DNA of 64,000 nt. Origin: Tubulanus polymorphus (lineage: Eukaryota; Animalia; Nemertea). The stretch is from assembly GCF_964204645.1 (NCBI RefSeq), contig NC_134028.1, forward strand, positions 1,426,001-1,490,000, read 5' to 3'. The translations under genes and the position numbers were made by a program. Under the pieces are notes generated by a model. That model saw only the letters and a program-made list of their open reading frames with translations. It made no database searches and was not told the origin of the DNA. Numbering within the stretch: position 1 is the first letter of the stretch; each line of letters opens with the position of its first letter. Below, one piece after another: positions 34,146 to 47,942 of this stretch.

Positions 34146-37100
34146 ATCACAGGAATGTGAGGTCTAGTGATTTCTTTCGCTCGTTCAGGGGTACCCTAAA
34201 TAAACAATAATACAGAAATACATCAATTCTTAGACAGATATCTCATTTGTATTTCATTTGTTAATACAGGGGAGTCTCCTTACAATGAACTTAAGGGTAG
34301 CGGAAAATCTGTTATTTGTAACCGATAGTTGAGTGAATCTTAAACTTTTGGACAATCCTGATTTTGTTATATTGGACACATTGATTATCCGCCAAGATTT
34401 TGAATCCATTATTACAAACGTTTCCTTCATTATCAATCAAAATGATGTTGAATTATCCACCATCCTTTAAGACATCGGTCCCAAACAGTTGCAGATTTAC
34501 AGTTCATTATATCTAGGAGGTTTCATTGCTGTAACCTACCTACCTGTGGTGAGATGATCGGAACATTGGCACTAGTATTGATTACATCAGGATTGTTGAG
34601 CAGTATAGGAATGTTACTAGCTGTTTCATCTTTCTGCGGTAGAGGTGCGTGTAACACACATTTAGGAGCGTCAGACGGAGTAGAATGCGTCAGTGCCGTT
34701 ATATTCTTCTCGTCTTCTGATTCAATTGTTACAACTGTTTGATAAAAGAAAAAAACAAAAATTTGTGTTAATATTCAGTGTGATGTACTATGAAACCAGA
34801 CTGGGAGATATATCTAACAGGGTGGTTCATAAAGTACATAGCGCTACAGAATCTACAGATGAAGACATTTAAACTACACGACATACAAACATCTATCCAA
34901 ACACCTCCTGCACACTAGAAAGTCAGGTTTCTTACAGGCAATCTAAACTATTCAGTCTTAATCACTGATTTGTTTAGTATCGCGGCCGGATCAGGACCGT
35001 AGAAATGCAGATATTACCTGTAGACTCACATGAAGGTGTAGAAGGTAAAGGTGTGGATGGTTGAGGCTCTTGCTGTATAGGAGAGGACGATGTGTCCTGG
35101 GTTGAGGTTTTCACTGGAATTGCTGGAAACAATCGAATCAACGATCACATTGTGCACGAATTCATTACACAATACAAGAGAGGAAATACAGACCATAGGG
35201 AATTATCATAATACATACCTTTTTGATGTGGTTTAAAAACTTCTTCTTTGAGATTAGGTAAAAACGTATCGATACGATCCCACGTCAATTTCCATAGTTT
35301 CGACTCATCGGGATCTCTCAATTCGAATATACCAGCTGTATCCATCACTAGTAACATATTCTTCAGCGATTCAGGGATAGCTTCGTACTAAAAATCACAG
35401 TTCAATATTCATCTTATGAATCTATCGAATTTATATATTGACATCGACAAAATGGAATCGGTTTTCTAAAACGAACCAATAAATCGCTATTATCGGCGTG
35501 CATGTATTTATCCATGAATTCTAGAATCGTCAACCAGAGGGCGGTGAACGTCGACAGCGACAGAAGCGGCGATAAATGCTGCAGAAAAACCTATAAAATA
35601 GAAAAGCAAGTTTTTTGTTACATGAAATAAATTAGATTTACAGTAGATTTACACTTTATCCAAATTAATAGTCCGAACTACGAGAAATCTGGATACTTGA
35701 TATTCATTTATTAACGGACTATAAAACTATATTTGGATTAAACCGATTTGAATGAAGCTGGTTTGACTGTGAAATCAAAATCAATAGATTATTGCTTACT
35801 TTACAGAGTAGAGTAGAAGCTCTCATTCTTGTTTCCTCGACCCCAGTTGGATCTTGAAGATTGAAATTGTTTAACAGTTTTGCGAGAAGCGGAAACATCA
35901 CTTTATTGAAACACGATTCCCATTCGATCGCCGATAACGTCTGCAAATCGTGTACGAGCAGCGCCCTCTGTAAGTAAGTTAAAGCCTGACTTCTTACTTG
36001 TCTCCGTGTGTCGCAGCACAATCGAGCAATTCCTGAAATACATAAAATGTATTCAATATTTGAAGAGTTTTAGAGAACCTGGTGTCAAATTAAACCGAAG
36101 TGAAAATAGGTAGTATTTGTACGTTAACTGATTCTATTAGAAATCACAAGCTTTCACTGCTAGCGCTGAGTAGCTTCAGCGGGTAAAATGAAAAATCAAG
36201 TTAACTTTCATCACAGTACTTCCTGTTTTCATATTGACTGTGTATTTGAACTGGTTGATACTAACCCTGTAGTAGTGGACACCAACACTGAGCCCACAGT
36301 GTACTAGTACCAGCATCAATACTACCATTATTAGATTCATCAGCCCATGAACTAAATATCGCAGCTGCTCGAGTGTGTAATGTATGCATCAGGTCCAATA
36401 ACTACAAAATCATCATCAATGAAAATCAGTTAAATGTGAAACCCGGTCGAGAACTGTGGAACTGGGTCGCAAACTGTGGAACTATGTCCAGAACTGTGGA
36501 ACTATGTACAGTGGAACTAGGTGCAGAACTGTGAAACTATGTCCAGAACTGTGGAACTATGTCTAGAACTGTGGAACTATGTCTAGAACTGTGGAACTGG
36601 GTCGCAAACTGTGGAACTATGTCCAGAACTGTGGAACTATGAAAAGTGGAACTAGGTGCAGAACTGTGAAACTATGTCCAGAACTGTGGAACTATGTCCA
36701 GAACTGTGGAACTATGTCCAGAACTGTGGAACTATGTCCAGAACTGTGGAACTATGTCCAGAACTGTGGTGTTGTTGAATAAGACATACATACTTGAATA
36801 GATAACGAATGATATCCACCAGTGACTGTTTCCGGATCAGTTTCATCGTCCGATGTTTGCTGTTGTTGTTGTTGTAAATGACTAGGTGAAGAACGCGATC
36901 GTTTCATATTCTTACGGTGTTTCTTATCTTTAGATTTATTACTCACAGTTCGACTCGCTGTACTCAAACCTACGCATATACAAATACATACACACACTTA
37001 CTGACGAGGTATAGAATATCTAAGATCAGTTGCAGTTCTAAATCAGAGGGTCAGTTTACAGTTACGAGTTAAGATTTGACTCAAAGAGTCAAAGGATAGA

Positions 37101-40100
37101 GAATAAACTAATTTGACTCAACAGTAAACTGGGTCAGTCACTGCAAAATTGGTTAGAGTTAACTGGTGGACATAAAATATGTCCTTATGGTGATTATGCA
37201 ATTTTCCACTACATAACTGGTAAAGTTTAACCGACTTTTAATCTACATGTTTCCCGGCGAGTAAAACGTTAAGAATAATACGTACCTCCGTTGAGTCCGG
37301 CCTCGACGAACGTACGAATACAATGAACGCAACTCTCGAAGTTATGAGGAGTAACGTGAGCTGCGTCTCGTACGAGGAACGCGAGGGTCTCACATGATTT
37401 CATCAATGATTTCATATCGTGATGTTTGATCTCTTCGTTCAGAGCGATGTTATACTGGTTGTTGCTTTGATGAGATTTTTTTGTATTTTGCGTCGACGAT
37501 GTTTGCGATTGATTGGCAGACGACGTTGATGATGATGTCATTGACTGCTCAGAATCCTGTTTATTCACCTTTAAATGAAATAACAACAATTTTAATAAAC
37601 ATTGATGGAAAACTCACTCTGTTTGTGGAATCGCAACCTTACCGCATTATGCACCGTAATAAATGACATAAGCGACCGGTGTCCACCGGCAAATTGCTAA
37701 TTCAGACTGGTATAATGATAATACACAAAATCCCACAATTGAAAAGAGTCGGAAAAGGTTTGATAAAGCGAAAGGTTTATTTTCACCGTTTCGAATATAT
37801 CCTAACAGTATTCCTGAAAACGACTATTATGATTAAGTCAAAACATCGAAAATATATCATTTACAAAAGCAAATCTTTTCGGACTCTTTCTGAGAGTTGG
37901 ATTTTAATGCATATTGACTCAGCTTTTAGTTAAAGTCCCGGAATACCTACCAGTAGCCAACTGCCGCCATCAGGAGCAGGTCTAACATTGAGTTGTGTAT
38001 TTGTACGATGTCTATTGCTCGGTTCATACAGTTCACTATCACTAGTATACCCCCGATCACTTTCACAATCACCGTGAGTTTGTAATTCACTATCGCTCTG
38101 AGCTCCTGAATAAACAATATTTACATTCAGCACACAATCTTTATTCATAGTTCCAGTTCCATGGTTCCTGGTTCACATTGGACTCGAAAGGTTTAAGAGA
38201 ATTCTATCAATTAATAAACCCATTTCTAATTGTTAATCTTATCTTGTTTAAATTTTTGTGAGTTTTGTGATTGTGTAAATGTAAAGCTCCTTTTAAGAAA
38301 TAGTTATGATAATCAAATGAATTAAACTTCACTGAGACATGTGAGTCCTATAATTTGAGAAATGTTGAAATTGTCCCAAGATTTGTTCCTACCTGCATCG
38401 GATAAAGTTTCCTGTACGATTGAGTCGGACATTTCTTGTTGTAGTAATGGCGGTGGGCTGGCTCCAGCTCCGGCTACCTCTAACAGTGTAAATAACGTAT
38501 ACCAGTCGTCAGATGAATGTATGTTAGCCGCGTTCGTACGTAATAATTCATGCAAACCGTACGATAACTGACGACAAACGCTGTAAACAACACCTCCTTT
38601 TATCATTAATAACATCCGTAAAGACGTGAGAACCTGAAAATACAAAACACAAATTAGGTTTCAGTCAATTGTATTCGAGTTTGAATATTGGAAATCTACT
38701 TGTGTTCTCCATATGCTGGAACTTTAAAGGAGCAGCATTGATTGCTAAGTGAATGACATCATGGTTGATGAAGTATCAAGGCTTTCGATACCCAAAAAAT
38801 ACAGAAAATTAAGCTTAATTTTGGTGTAATCTTGATATATTTAAAAGCAATTATCAGCATTAATAGAATATTGACATCAATTATGGTAGAGGGGGATATG
38901 AAAATGAAAGGGATGGCCCCCTCTTAAACCTGAGATTATTCACCTGTATTGAATTCAACATCTTCAGATAAATTAGAGACAGTATTCATAATCAGTACCT
39001 GTGAGGCTATTATCAGCATTAATAGAATATTGACATCAATTATGGTAGAGGGGGATATGAACATGAAAGGGGTGGCTAATTTTCAGCGGGGGGATATGAA
39101 AATGAAAGGGGTGGCCCCCCTCTAAAACCTGAGCTTATTCACCTTTAATGAATTCAACATATGCTCAGATAAATTAGAGACAGTATTTATAATGAGTACC
39201 TGTGAGGCTATTTCTTCACGACGTAGCAGTCTGATAGCGATACGTAGCAGACCGACGACTGTTCGTTCGATAAGAAACGTCGGTTCACTCGCATTGACTA
39301 GAACGTTATAGAAATGATCACGAATTGATTGCCAAATAGGACTCACTCGATCTCTACAAATAAACAAACAGATTACAAATCATTCTTAATAACCGGACGT
39401 CAAAGCTGAATGAATGATTGAATAGTTTTAGTCACCTGTTTTGTAAAACAACTCTGATCAACAATTCCAAATAAAATACCGAAGCATCTTCGTCGAATGT
39501 TGTTCCCCCGAGCGAGTCGTGATGAGCTATATGACCTTGAGCGGCGAACAGTAGAGCCTGAATCATAAATAAACGTTACAGAAATGAGTTATTCCTATCG
39601 CTCTGGTAGGAATATCCATCTATTCATCATTGTTCGTACCTTAACGAGTTCTTGTAAAGAATCAATACGTAGGAATTTAGTATCGATTATAAGCTGTTCT
39701 AAATGACATTCACGTATACAATTGTGAGCTTGTTTAATCGCTTCTTGATCTTCGGGACTCGGACCTCTCTGATTCGCCGGTTCAGACAGAGCGAAATACG
39801 AATAAAACGAACTGAACACACCGGACTCGGCTCTGAATGAGACAATAACATTAAATATTCAAATCATAGAATAGATTATTTCATTTTGATTAAATTTACG
39901 CAGTGAAACTCACTGAAATTCAACTGTACTAATAAACATACCTGGAGGCGGGTACCTCTTCTCTTATTAATGAAACTCTTCCGGTCGGATCAATAAAATC
40001 TTCCACTTCGACCAGTATTTTAGGCAGTAGTTTAGCTCTGTACAACTGCAGCAGACAATCGAGAATATTCTTCCAACCTTCTCGTAGTATGTCGCCGTGA

Positions 40101-43100
40101 CGATGAGCCAGACCGAACACCGTTTTCGCCGCTAACTGTGCTTTTTGATTATTTCCGAACGTGACCGGTATATTCTCCGGAGACTGTCGATAAAATAAAC
40201 GTGAAACGATAAATAAATCCTCGCTGAATCGATTGAATTACTAATGATAATGATTCAAACATACCTCAGCGTTACTGAGTAGAGTAGTGAATTTACACAA
40301 CGATATCACGAGATTGTCAAATACATCGCTGAGTCCATAGTGAGCAGAGATCATAGCACATTTCCTACATATCAATTCATTAAAACATGATACAGCTTGA
40401 TACAGCGCGAAGCAGAATGAGGGAGCATGATTTAGCTTGATACAGCCAGATACAGCTCGGTAAAGCATAGAGTGAATTCTCGAATATATCAATCACTAGT
40501 TGTCATTCAACTTACCTAAAACCGGAGATTGCCTTTTGTATAATCGTCTCATCCATACTTTTATCAAATACAAAAGACAAAGCAGCGACAGTCGGACCCC
40601 AAATCAATGTGAATAGATCGTGATCAAATGATCCATTTGGGGCATGGATGAATATCCCTTCTTTACTGGTTCCACGTCTTAACAGCACCTTTAATCATTA
40701 CAAAATATTCATCAACTCATAGTCACATTTATAGAAATACAGAACTATAACCCTAGACTAAATACATGCATCACTGCTTACCTTCCATAGATAGTTCTCT
40801 TTTACCAGTCCAGTCTGTTCTGCTGGCATTACTATTTCATCAGTCCTAAAACATGATCGCAGCAATTTAATTGAATATGAAAACAGAGCATGGATTTCAT
40901 TTCAATCCCTGAAATACCCGTGCTAGACTGAAACTGACCTTATTGCTGCATAGATTTCATCGAGCATTTCACCATCAAAATCAACCCCACCATTGACACC
41001 TTTTACATTCCGCTTAAATTGCTGAAATATCGAAACATCTCACGATAAAAAGACTGATAAATTTCCGACAAATAACCACCTAGAAATATGCAGGTTATTA
41101 CAGATATTAGCTAATCCAAAATTCCCTAATTTTCCTTGTCGAAAATTCCCTACATTAGATATCTTCAGTGATACCGATACCTCTGTTCCTTATCGAGAAT
41201 TTCCTAATCCTTGTGCCACTTGTCACAAGACGTCAAAAATTCAAATTCCCTTGAATTGACAATAGAAATTAGAATTTTCTTGAAGATCTATAATTTCCTA
41301 TAAATTTTCCTTATCAAGAGGTTCCTTGTGCCACTTGTCACCAGCAATGTCGCCGAAAACTCAGTTCCCTTATTGACAACAAAAAGAGTCCGAATTCTGT
41401 AATTTTCTCATGGATAGTAACTTACGTGAACTGTCATTGGTATATTTTGTTTTTTAACGTTGTGATTGTGTTGATCGACGTTCAACATGATGACAGCGTA
41501 CGCGAGAGTGAACGCGGCATCGACGTTCGCGAACGGTTCTCCGTTACTACGGTGCCAATGTTCGGCGAAATGTTCCATCAGATACGATATAACCGGAGCT
41601 TCCCCTGGCAAGCGGAACGATTCGAGATATAATCGCAAAGCTTCATCGACTCGCAGATCCTCGAACATGAAAGACCTATAAAAACAGACAGTCGTCAGTC
41701 AGAGCAGTGAAAACGATCAGTGTACAGTATACTGTACTTGCCTCGGATGTTGCAGGACCAATAAAGTCTCTGCGAGGTATGTGAATTTCGGGGCAGTCAG
41801 GGATAGATTGTTATCATGTAAAATGTGTAATATGTCAAGCAGCGAACGTGATAATCAGAGGCAATTGACTCAGGGGTAAACAATGGATTGTTATCATGTA
41901 GAATTTGTAATATATTGTCAATTGACTCTGGGGTAAATACAGTCTACTGTAGCTGATTACTGATATTGACTCCGGGGTAAATACAGTCTACTGTAGCTGA
42001 TTACTGATATTGACTCCGGGGTAAATACAGTCTACTGTAGCTGATTACTGATATTGACTCCGGGGTAAATACAGTCTACTGTAGCTGATTACTGATATTG
42101 ACTCCGGGGTAAATACAGTCTACTGTAGCTGATTACTGATATTGACTCCGGGGTAAATACAGTCTACTGTAGCTGATTACTGATATTGACTCCGGGGTAA
42201 ATACAGTCTACTGTAGCTGATTACTGATATTGACTCCGGGGTAAATACAGTCTACTGTAGCTGATTACTGATATTGACTCCGGGGTAAATACAGTCTACT
42301 GTAGCTGATTACTGATATTGACTCCGGGGTAAATACAGTCTACTGTAGCTGATTACTGATATTGACTCCGGGGTAAATACAGTCTACTGTAGCTGATTAC
42401 TGATATTGACTCCGGGGTAAATACAGTCTACTGTAGCTGATTACTGATATTGACTCCGGGTAAATACAGTCTACTGTAGCTGATTACTGATATTGACTCC
42501 GGGGTAAATACAGTCTACTGTAGCTGATTACTGATATTGACTCCGGGGTAAATACAGACTACTGTAGCTGATTACTGATATTGACTCCGGGGTAAATACA
42601 GTCTACTGTAGCTGATTACTGATATTGATATTGATGATGAAACTTACTTCACAAAAGCCTCTAGAACCTCCTTATTTTTCTTACTGCTGATATATTCTCC
42701 GATCATTTTCTTGTCGAGTTTCGGATTTTCCTTTAAGAATGTGACGATCTCTCCGGGAATCAGAGGAGTCGATAATAACCCGTTATCCTGTAGGAACGCG
42801 ATACCCTTCGCCGGTTTCACGTTGAACTGCTCCGAACCGGTTTGTAACAGCTATGAATAAAACGATGTAATGTTTTAAAACAGTCGTGAATTTCTCAGAA
42901 GAAAATGAAATTCCTGATTTTCAGACGAACCTTCTTCTTGCGTTTAATCGCGGCTATTTCTTCCTCGGTCGGAATTTTCAAAGATACTTTCATTCTATTC
43001 GGTCGAATCGTTGGACCTTTTTTCGAAGTTTTCGATGAATCGTTGCAATCATCGAGTTCCTTCCCGAGGGATGTGGCAGTTTTCTGTCCTACGGCGTACC

Positions 43101-46100
43101 CGGATACAGGTGGTGGCGGGGGTGTCGTGTCGTAATCTGTGTAAGATTCCTCTTTTTGCTCTGTCATGAAATAGACAAGAAACTGGTTTAGTTTGCGATC
43201 AGGATCCAGTTCCACAGTTGTGAGTTAGAGTTAACTCTGAGTTAAAATTAGTTCATTCTCAATGAGTTAACTCAGGGTCAAATTTTAACTCCGAACTGTG
43301 GAACTGGACCCAGACTACTTAGAATTTGAGGCCATTTTTAAGTGAGAAGTATCTATCAATTTACCTTCTCCGTTCTCTAAAGCGAATTTGACCGTTGAAG
43401 TTTTATCAGACTCTGAGTCGTTAAGTTTAGTAGCGTTCAGTATTCGACTGTGGCAATGTTGTTCTATACTATCAATAACCGTAAGTAAAGCGTCCAATGA
43501 AAGCAAGTGAGTTGTGTATAATCCGGACACAGGAAACGCATTCTACATAAATAAATCAATATCATTATTATTTCATTCATTTTCAATATTTCAGGTAAAG
43601 TTCAGGACCAGCAGTTTTGAGTAAGAGTTTTTTCAATGTCGACTGTGGATTAATGTGACACTAACCTTTGAAAGTAATTTCGTTAAATCTTCGAATAAAT
43701 TCGAACAGAAAATATCACAGTCATAATTGAGATAAAGTTCAGTAACGAGTCCGGGAATTCTCCACAGTTGAACGACTGATTCTAAAGCTATTTCTCTCTG
43801 TTCAAACGATATTCGCGGAGATTCAGACACTATAATATCCATCAACTTCGTCAGATAATGCTGTAAACAGAAACATCCATATTAAAGCGCATTTTAGACC
43901 CTCGACCAAACAAAAATTCCCTGATTTTATTTTAAGATATCTTCAATGGGGGCTCTTTCTTTTCAAGAGGTTCTTTGCACCACTGATCACCAGCAAGAAC
44001 AAGACACCAAAATAAAATTCCCTGATTTTCAAGAAAAGAGTCAGAATTCCTTGATTTCAGTACAGGGAAAAAAATTCATCCAGAATTTTCTGATCTCCCT
44101 GATCTGTGAGAGCCCTGGAGTTTTATCGAGACAACCCCAAATAATTTGTTCGTTTTAAAGAAATAAATCGTACCTCTTGTTGAAATTTGAGGTGGCTACG
44201 TTGTGACTCAAACAGTAGAAAACACACTCTGAGAGCGCCGTTAAATAAAGACAATCGTTCTGAATGAAGGAGCTGAAAATAGGAGGACAAATAACATATT
44301 TCAAAAACAGTTTTTGACTGATGAATTCATCTGACAATATACGGAGTATTTGATATTTACCGAATAGAGATTTCTGCATAATTCATCTTTAACGAGACTC
44401 AGTAATGAGTTAAACTGTCCGATATAATCAGCGCCAGATTCCAGTCCAACCGTTAATAGATGTAAACCCATGTGTATCATGATGTCGTTGTTATGGCGAT
44501 CGATAGGATTGATTAACGATATTAGGAAACGGAATAATTCGCGTACACACGGCAGTCCATACGGTATCAGCGGCGCTCCTGAAAATAGCTCATAGTTATT
44601 GGTCACGAGAACATACTGTATATTCCAGCCAATAAGCCGATTTTTACCCCTAAATAATCATGATCCACTGAAAGGATAGTCAAAATCATATCAGGGACGT
44701 GTAGAAACGGTGGGATCCTGTTATTATCGTATCCTTAGAAAACGGTTCTTTTTTTCTCACCTTCTTTTTGAAATTGTTGCGGTGTAAATCGGACTCCGCG
44801 TGGATTCACGAAGTCCGAGTCTTGAATCGACGAGGCAGCGTCGGAGTGAATCGATTCCTGATCATCACCGATCTCAGACGGACAGCTCACCTCTGAATTC
44901 AACTCTGTTTCACTATTACTCGGCTACAATAAACACAGCCTCAGATAAACATCAAATAGAAGAAATTCTTTCTAAATTGTTAAAAGCCCAAAGATATTTT
45001 TCTAACCTTCAGAGTAGAATTTGAATCATCCGCGATACTTAACGAAATGACATCACATTTTTCATCCGCTGTTTGTTCTGTGTCTTGCTCATCGTTGACC
45101 AGTTGACCGGGTTGTTGACCGGTATCGATGTTTCTATCGTCCGGTTCATCGCCCCCGGTCATTTCATCCGTACAAACAATCGTGACGTCAGACGACACCG
45201 GGCAGCTCGCTTCAGATTCCGTTTCGTGTTCCTCCTCGTAACGCTCCTAAAAAATATCATCAGTTCATTTTCAACATTGATGATCAGATTTATTCACAGA
45301 AAAGTTTATGATAAATCAGGACAATCTGTCGAACCTGAGTCAGATATAAGAAGAAAATTGAGCATGATACCTATGGGTTTGGATTATGGTAACAAAAGTG
45401 TACCCTATTTCAACTTCTGTCTGATATTGGCGCCTTTTTCACAGTTCTCAGTGAAAACATTTGAAATGCAGAAATTTTAGCGCCAAAATCAAATGATGAA
45501 CCTAATGAAATGTTTGAGCGGCTCACCTGAAAACTCTCCTGTATATCGACCATGTTTTTAGTAGCGGAAGGTGCTACCGGTGTCGTAGCTATCACTGGTT
45601 CTGATACACTATCTTCGATATCTTCAACAATTTCACCAGTTGAACTGCCGTCTGCCGCTGGTCGTCCTGTCGAGTCGTCTTTCAGTTGTTTTTGATGCGC
45701 ACGTTTATGATGAGGTTTCGGAGAACGTTTTTTCTTTTCGCGACGAGCGGCGTCCATACCTCCAGCTCTCATCTTCAACTACACAAACAAAATACACATT
45801 TACTGATCATTTCACATGATTTGCTCGGTTACAGTTAACTAGTGGATAAATGTCATAGTGACCTTTGAATCAACCACCAGTTAACCAACCAATTTCACAC
45901 GATTTGCACTGATGGAAACAGTCACTCAGGTGGTTACAGTTATCCAGTGGATAAATGCCTTAGTGACTATTGAATCAACTGCAGACCCTGGTCGAAAAAA
46001 TTACCTTTTTCGTCAGATTATGCACCCATTTGTTATCCTCTTTAAATTGGGGCAGTCTAGAAAATAATAACTGCACCATATCCATCAATGTGTGTTCAGC

Positions 46101-47942
46101 TGACTTACGCAATAACTCTGAAATAAAAACATTCCACACTTGAGATTTCAATGTGCTCCACGGAGACAATTTATCCGGAAATGACTTTTTGATTCAGAAT
46201 TTTCTCGGGGAAGGACACAATACGTCATTACTCACCGCTGAGTCTCATCTCAAAACAAATTCGAAAACATGACTGCATTATTTCACAAACCGATTCATTC
46301 GTTAGTTTCGCGCCGGCCGGTGTCAACAGTAACGTTCGTAAAACCTATACGTGCAAATTCATTATAGAAATTATCTTAAAACCAGTGAAATAGGGGCGCC
46401 ACCTGTAGACATATCGATGAACTATACTCACGTGTAAGATCTTCATAAGCACGACCTCGTCTGAACCGGGATCAGTGCCGACGAACCGAGCGTGGGTGAC
46501 GGCGTCAGCGATGTTTTCAATAGCTGCCGTTGATGAATCATACGTCGGTTCTAAAAACAAAACGAACAAACGTCATTTAAATTCAGTTTCATCGATCAGA
46601 GTTCTTACAGATTCCCTGATTGAATTATTAGATATCCTTGTGCCACTTGCCACCAGCAAGAACAAGACGCCAAAGATTCAAATTCTCTGACTTTCAAGAA
46701 AAGAGTCAGATTTCTTTGATTTTCCGATTCGGAATTCCCTGATTTTCCGTGATGTCCCTGATCTTTAAGAACCATATGATTCATATTTTCATTCCGATTT
46801 AATCGCAATACACGATGACTTACCTACTAAACCGTATGAGAGGAATTTATTCACTGAAGTCAAAGCCAGACCAGTTATCGGTCCAGTTGTATCTTCAGAA
46901 CGAATTACATCCAAAAATGGACTGAGAAATACATTCGGTTCGATTTCATCTAATTCTGGAAAATAAAATCAAATATTTTGAGAATCTATCACCCAGATAC
47001 ATTAAAACCACTGCATCAGAGGCATGGATCTTACAAAGCCAACCCAACGGACAGAGAAATTTAGTGGAACGCTTTGCAGTTTGGATCTGTTCGCTAAACT
47101 CACTTACTGTTTATTCATCATCATTTGGTTGTATTAAAATTTACATTTTCCATATACATACTACATTATATCTGTTTGCGATGAATTAAATTTGAGAATC
47201 AAATGAATAGTGAATAAAAATACTAATTGAATTATCATCCATCAAATCAAAATAATATCATCATCATCTAAACTAAATTAACGGGATAAAAATCGACGTA
47301 AAACGATAGTTTGTAGTAAAACTCCTGATGAGGTGATGGGTGTAAGGGAACCTCAGTCAATACAGGCTACTCGACTGTGCTCTAGTATCTACAGATAGAT
47401 ATAGCAGGGACTAATATCTCTCGTGCGCTGCTTAAATCACTTACCAAATTTAGAGATAAAGAATTTGCGTGCTGGCAACAACATACAAACAAACAAAGAA
47501 GAGAACGGAAAATAAAACTCTTTCAACTCAGATGAAGAGAGTTCTTCAGTTCGAAAACAATGTTAGTAAGAAAATAAAGCGGAAAAGATATAAAGTAATT
47601 AATGAAAGTTAAGTAGGTATGATATATGAGTATATAGAGATGAATACTGCACCCTGATTTAGTCTTACCTGATAAATTATTGAGTATATCCTTCAGTTGA
47701 GAGAAAGCGTTTAATAATGGATCCTGTTCATCATCCTGAAAACACACATGAAATCATTAATAAAACATCTAAATACCGACTCTCCTCCCTCCGCATGTGT
47801 CACCTTCAGCTTAATGAGAAAATTGAATTTTATCAATTACCTGATGACTATGCGCTGACCATCTGGACGTTCTTCTCATCGCCGTGACGACCAGATTTAT
47901 TTCACCCTGGATAATGTACACACCATTTTTTGGAGGCGCCAT
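34133..47942 (-). CDS. GBF1: Golgi brefeldin A-resistance guanine nucleotide exchange factor 1 (Sec7-domain Arf-GEF), complete, ~1888 aa
   Basis: 35 phase-consistent exons totalling 5667 nt: 47841-47942(ATG), 47669-47735, 46824-46955, 46432-46550, 46236-46344, 46005-46117, 45527-45778, 45007-45246, 44761-44923, 44361-44578, 44174-44272, 43666-43860, 43365-43542, 42931-43160, 42648-42850, 41426-41675, 40939-41021, 40782-40845, 40516-40688, 40265-40364, 39942-40183, 39640-39832, 39436-39557, 39200-39353, 38393-38633, 37951-38105, 37286-37568, 36794-36969, 36266-36401, 35800-36032, 35477-35590, 35219-35387, 35018-35122, 34544-34734, 34133-34195. Motifs: DCB ([22 protein letters not shown]), HUS box (LYLNYDCD), Sec7 ([11 protein letters not shown]; [13 protein letters not shown]), HDS domains ([13 protein letters not shown]; [13 protein letters not shown]). 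The last small exon is the least certain. Confidence 0.97.
36450..36769. repeat. 20-bp minisatellite (CAGAACTGTGGAACTATGTC) in a GBF1 intron
   Basis: About 16 variant copies are directly visible. Confidence 0.95.
38851..39210. repeat. Intronic tandem duplication (~160-200 bp) that copies a GBF1 5' splice site
   Basis: Two copies of ttatcagcattaatagaatattgacatc...gataaattagagacagtatt.ataat.agtacctgtgaggctat. Confidence 0.88.
41921..42626. repeat. 44-bp minisatellite, ~16 near-identical copies, in an intron within the Sec7 domain
   Basis: Unit TGACTCCGGGGTAAATACAGTCTACTGTAGCTGATTACTGATAT, containing a TACAG-tcta-CTGTA mini-hairpin. Confidence 0.97.
43200..43313. mobile_element. ~110-bp palindromic MITE (same family as 33588-33689)
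   Basis: caggatccagttccacagtt ... aactgtggaactggacccag, with internal gagttaactc palindromes. Confidence 0.7.
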
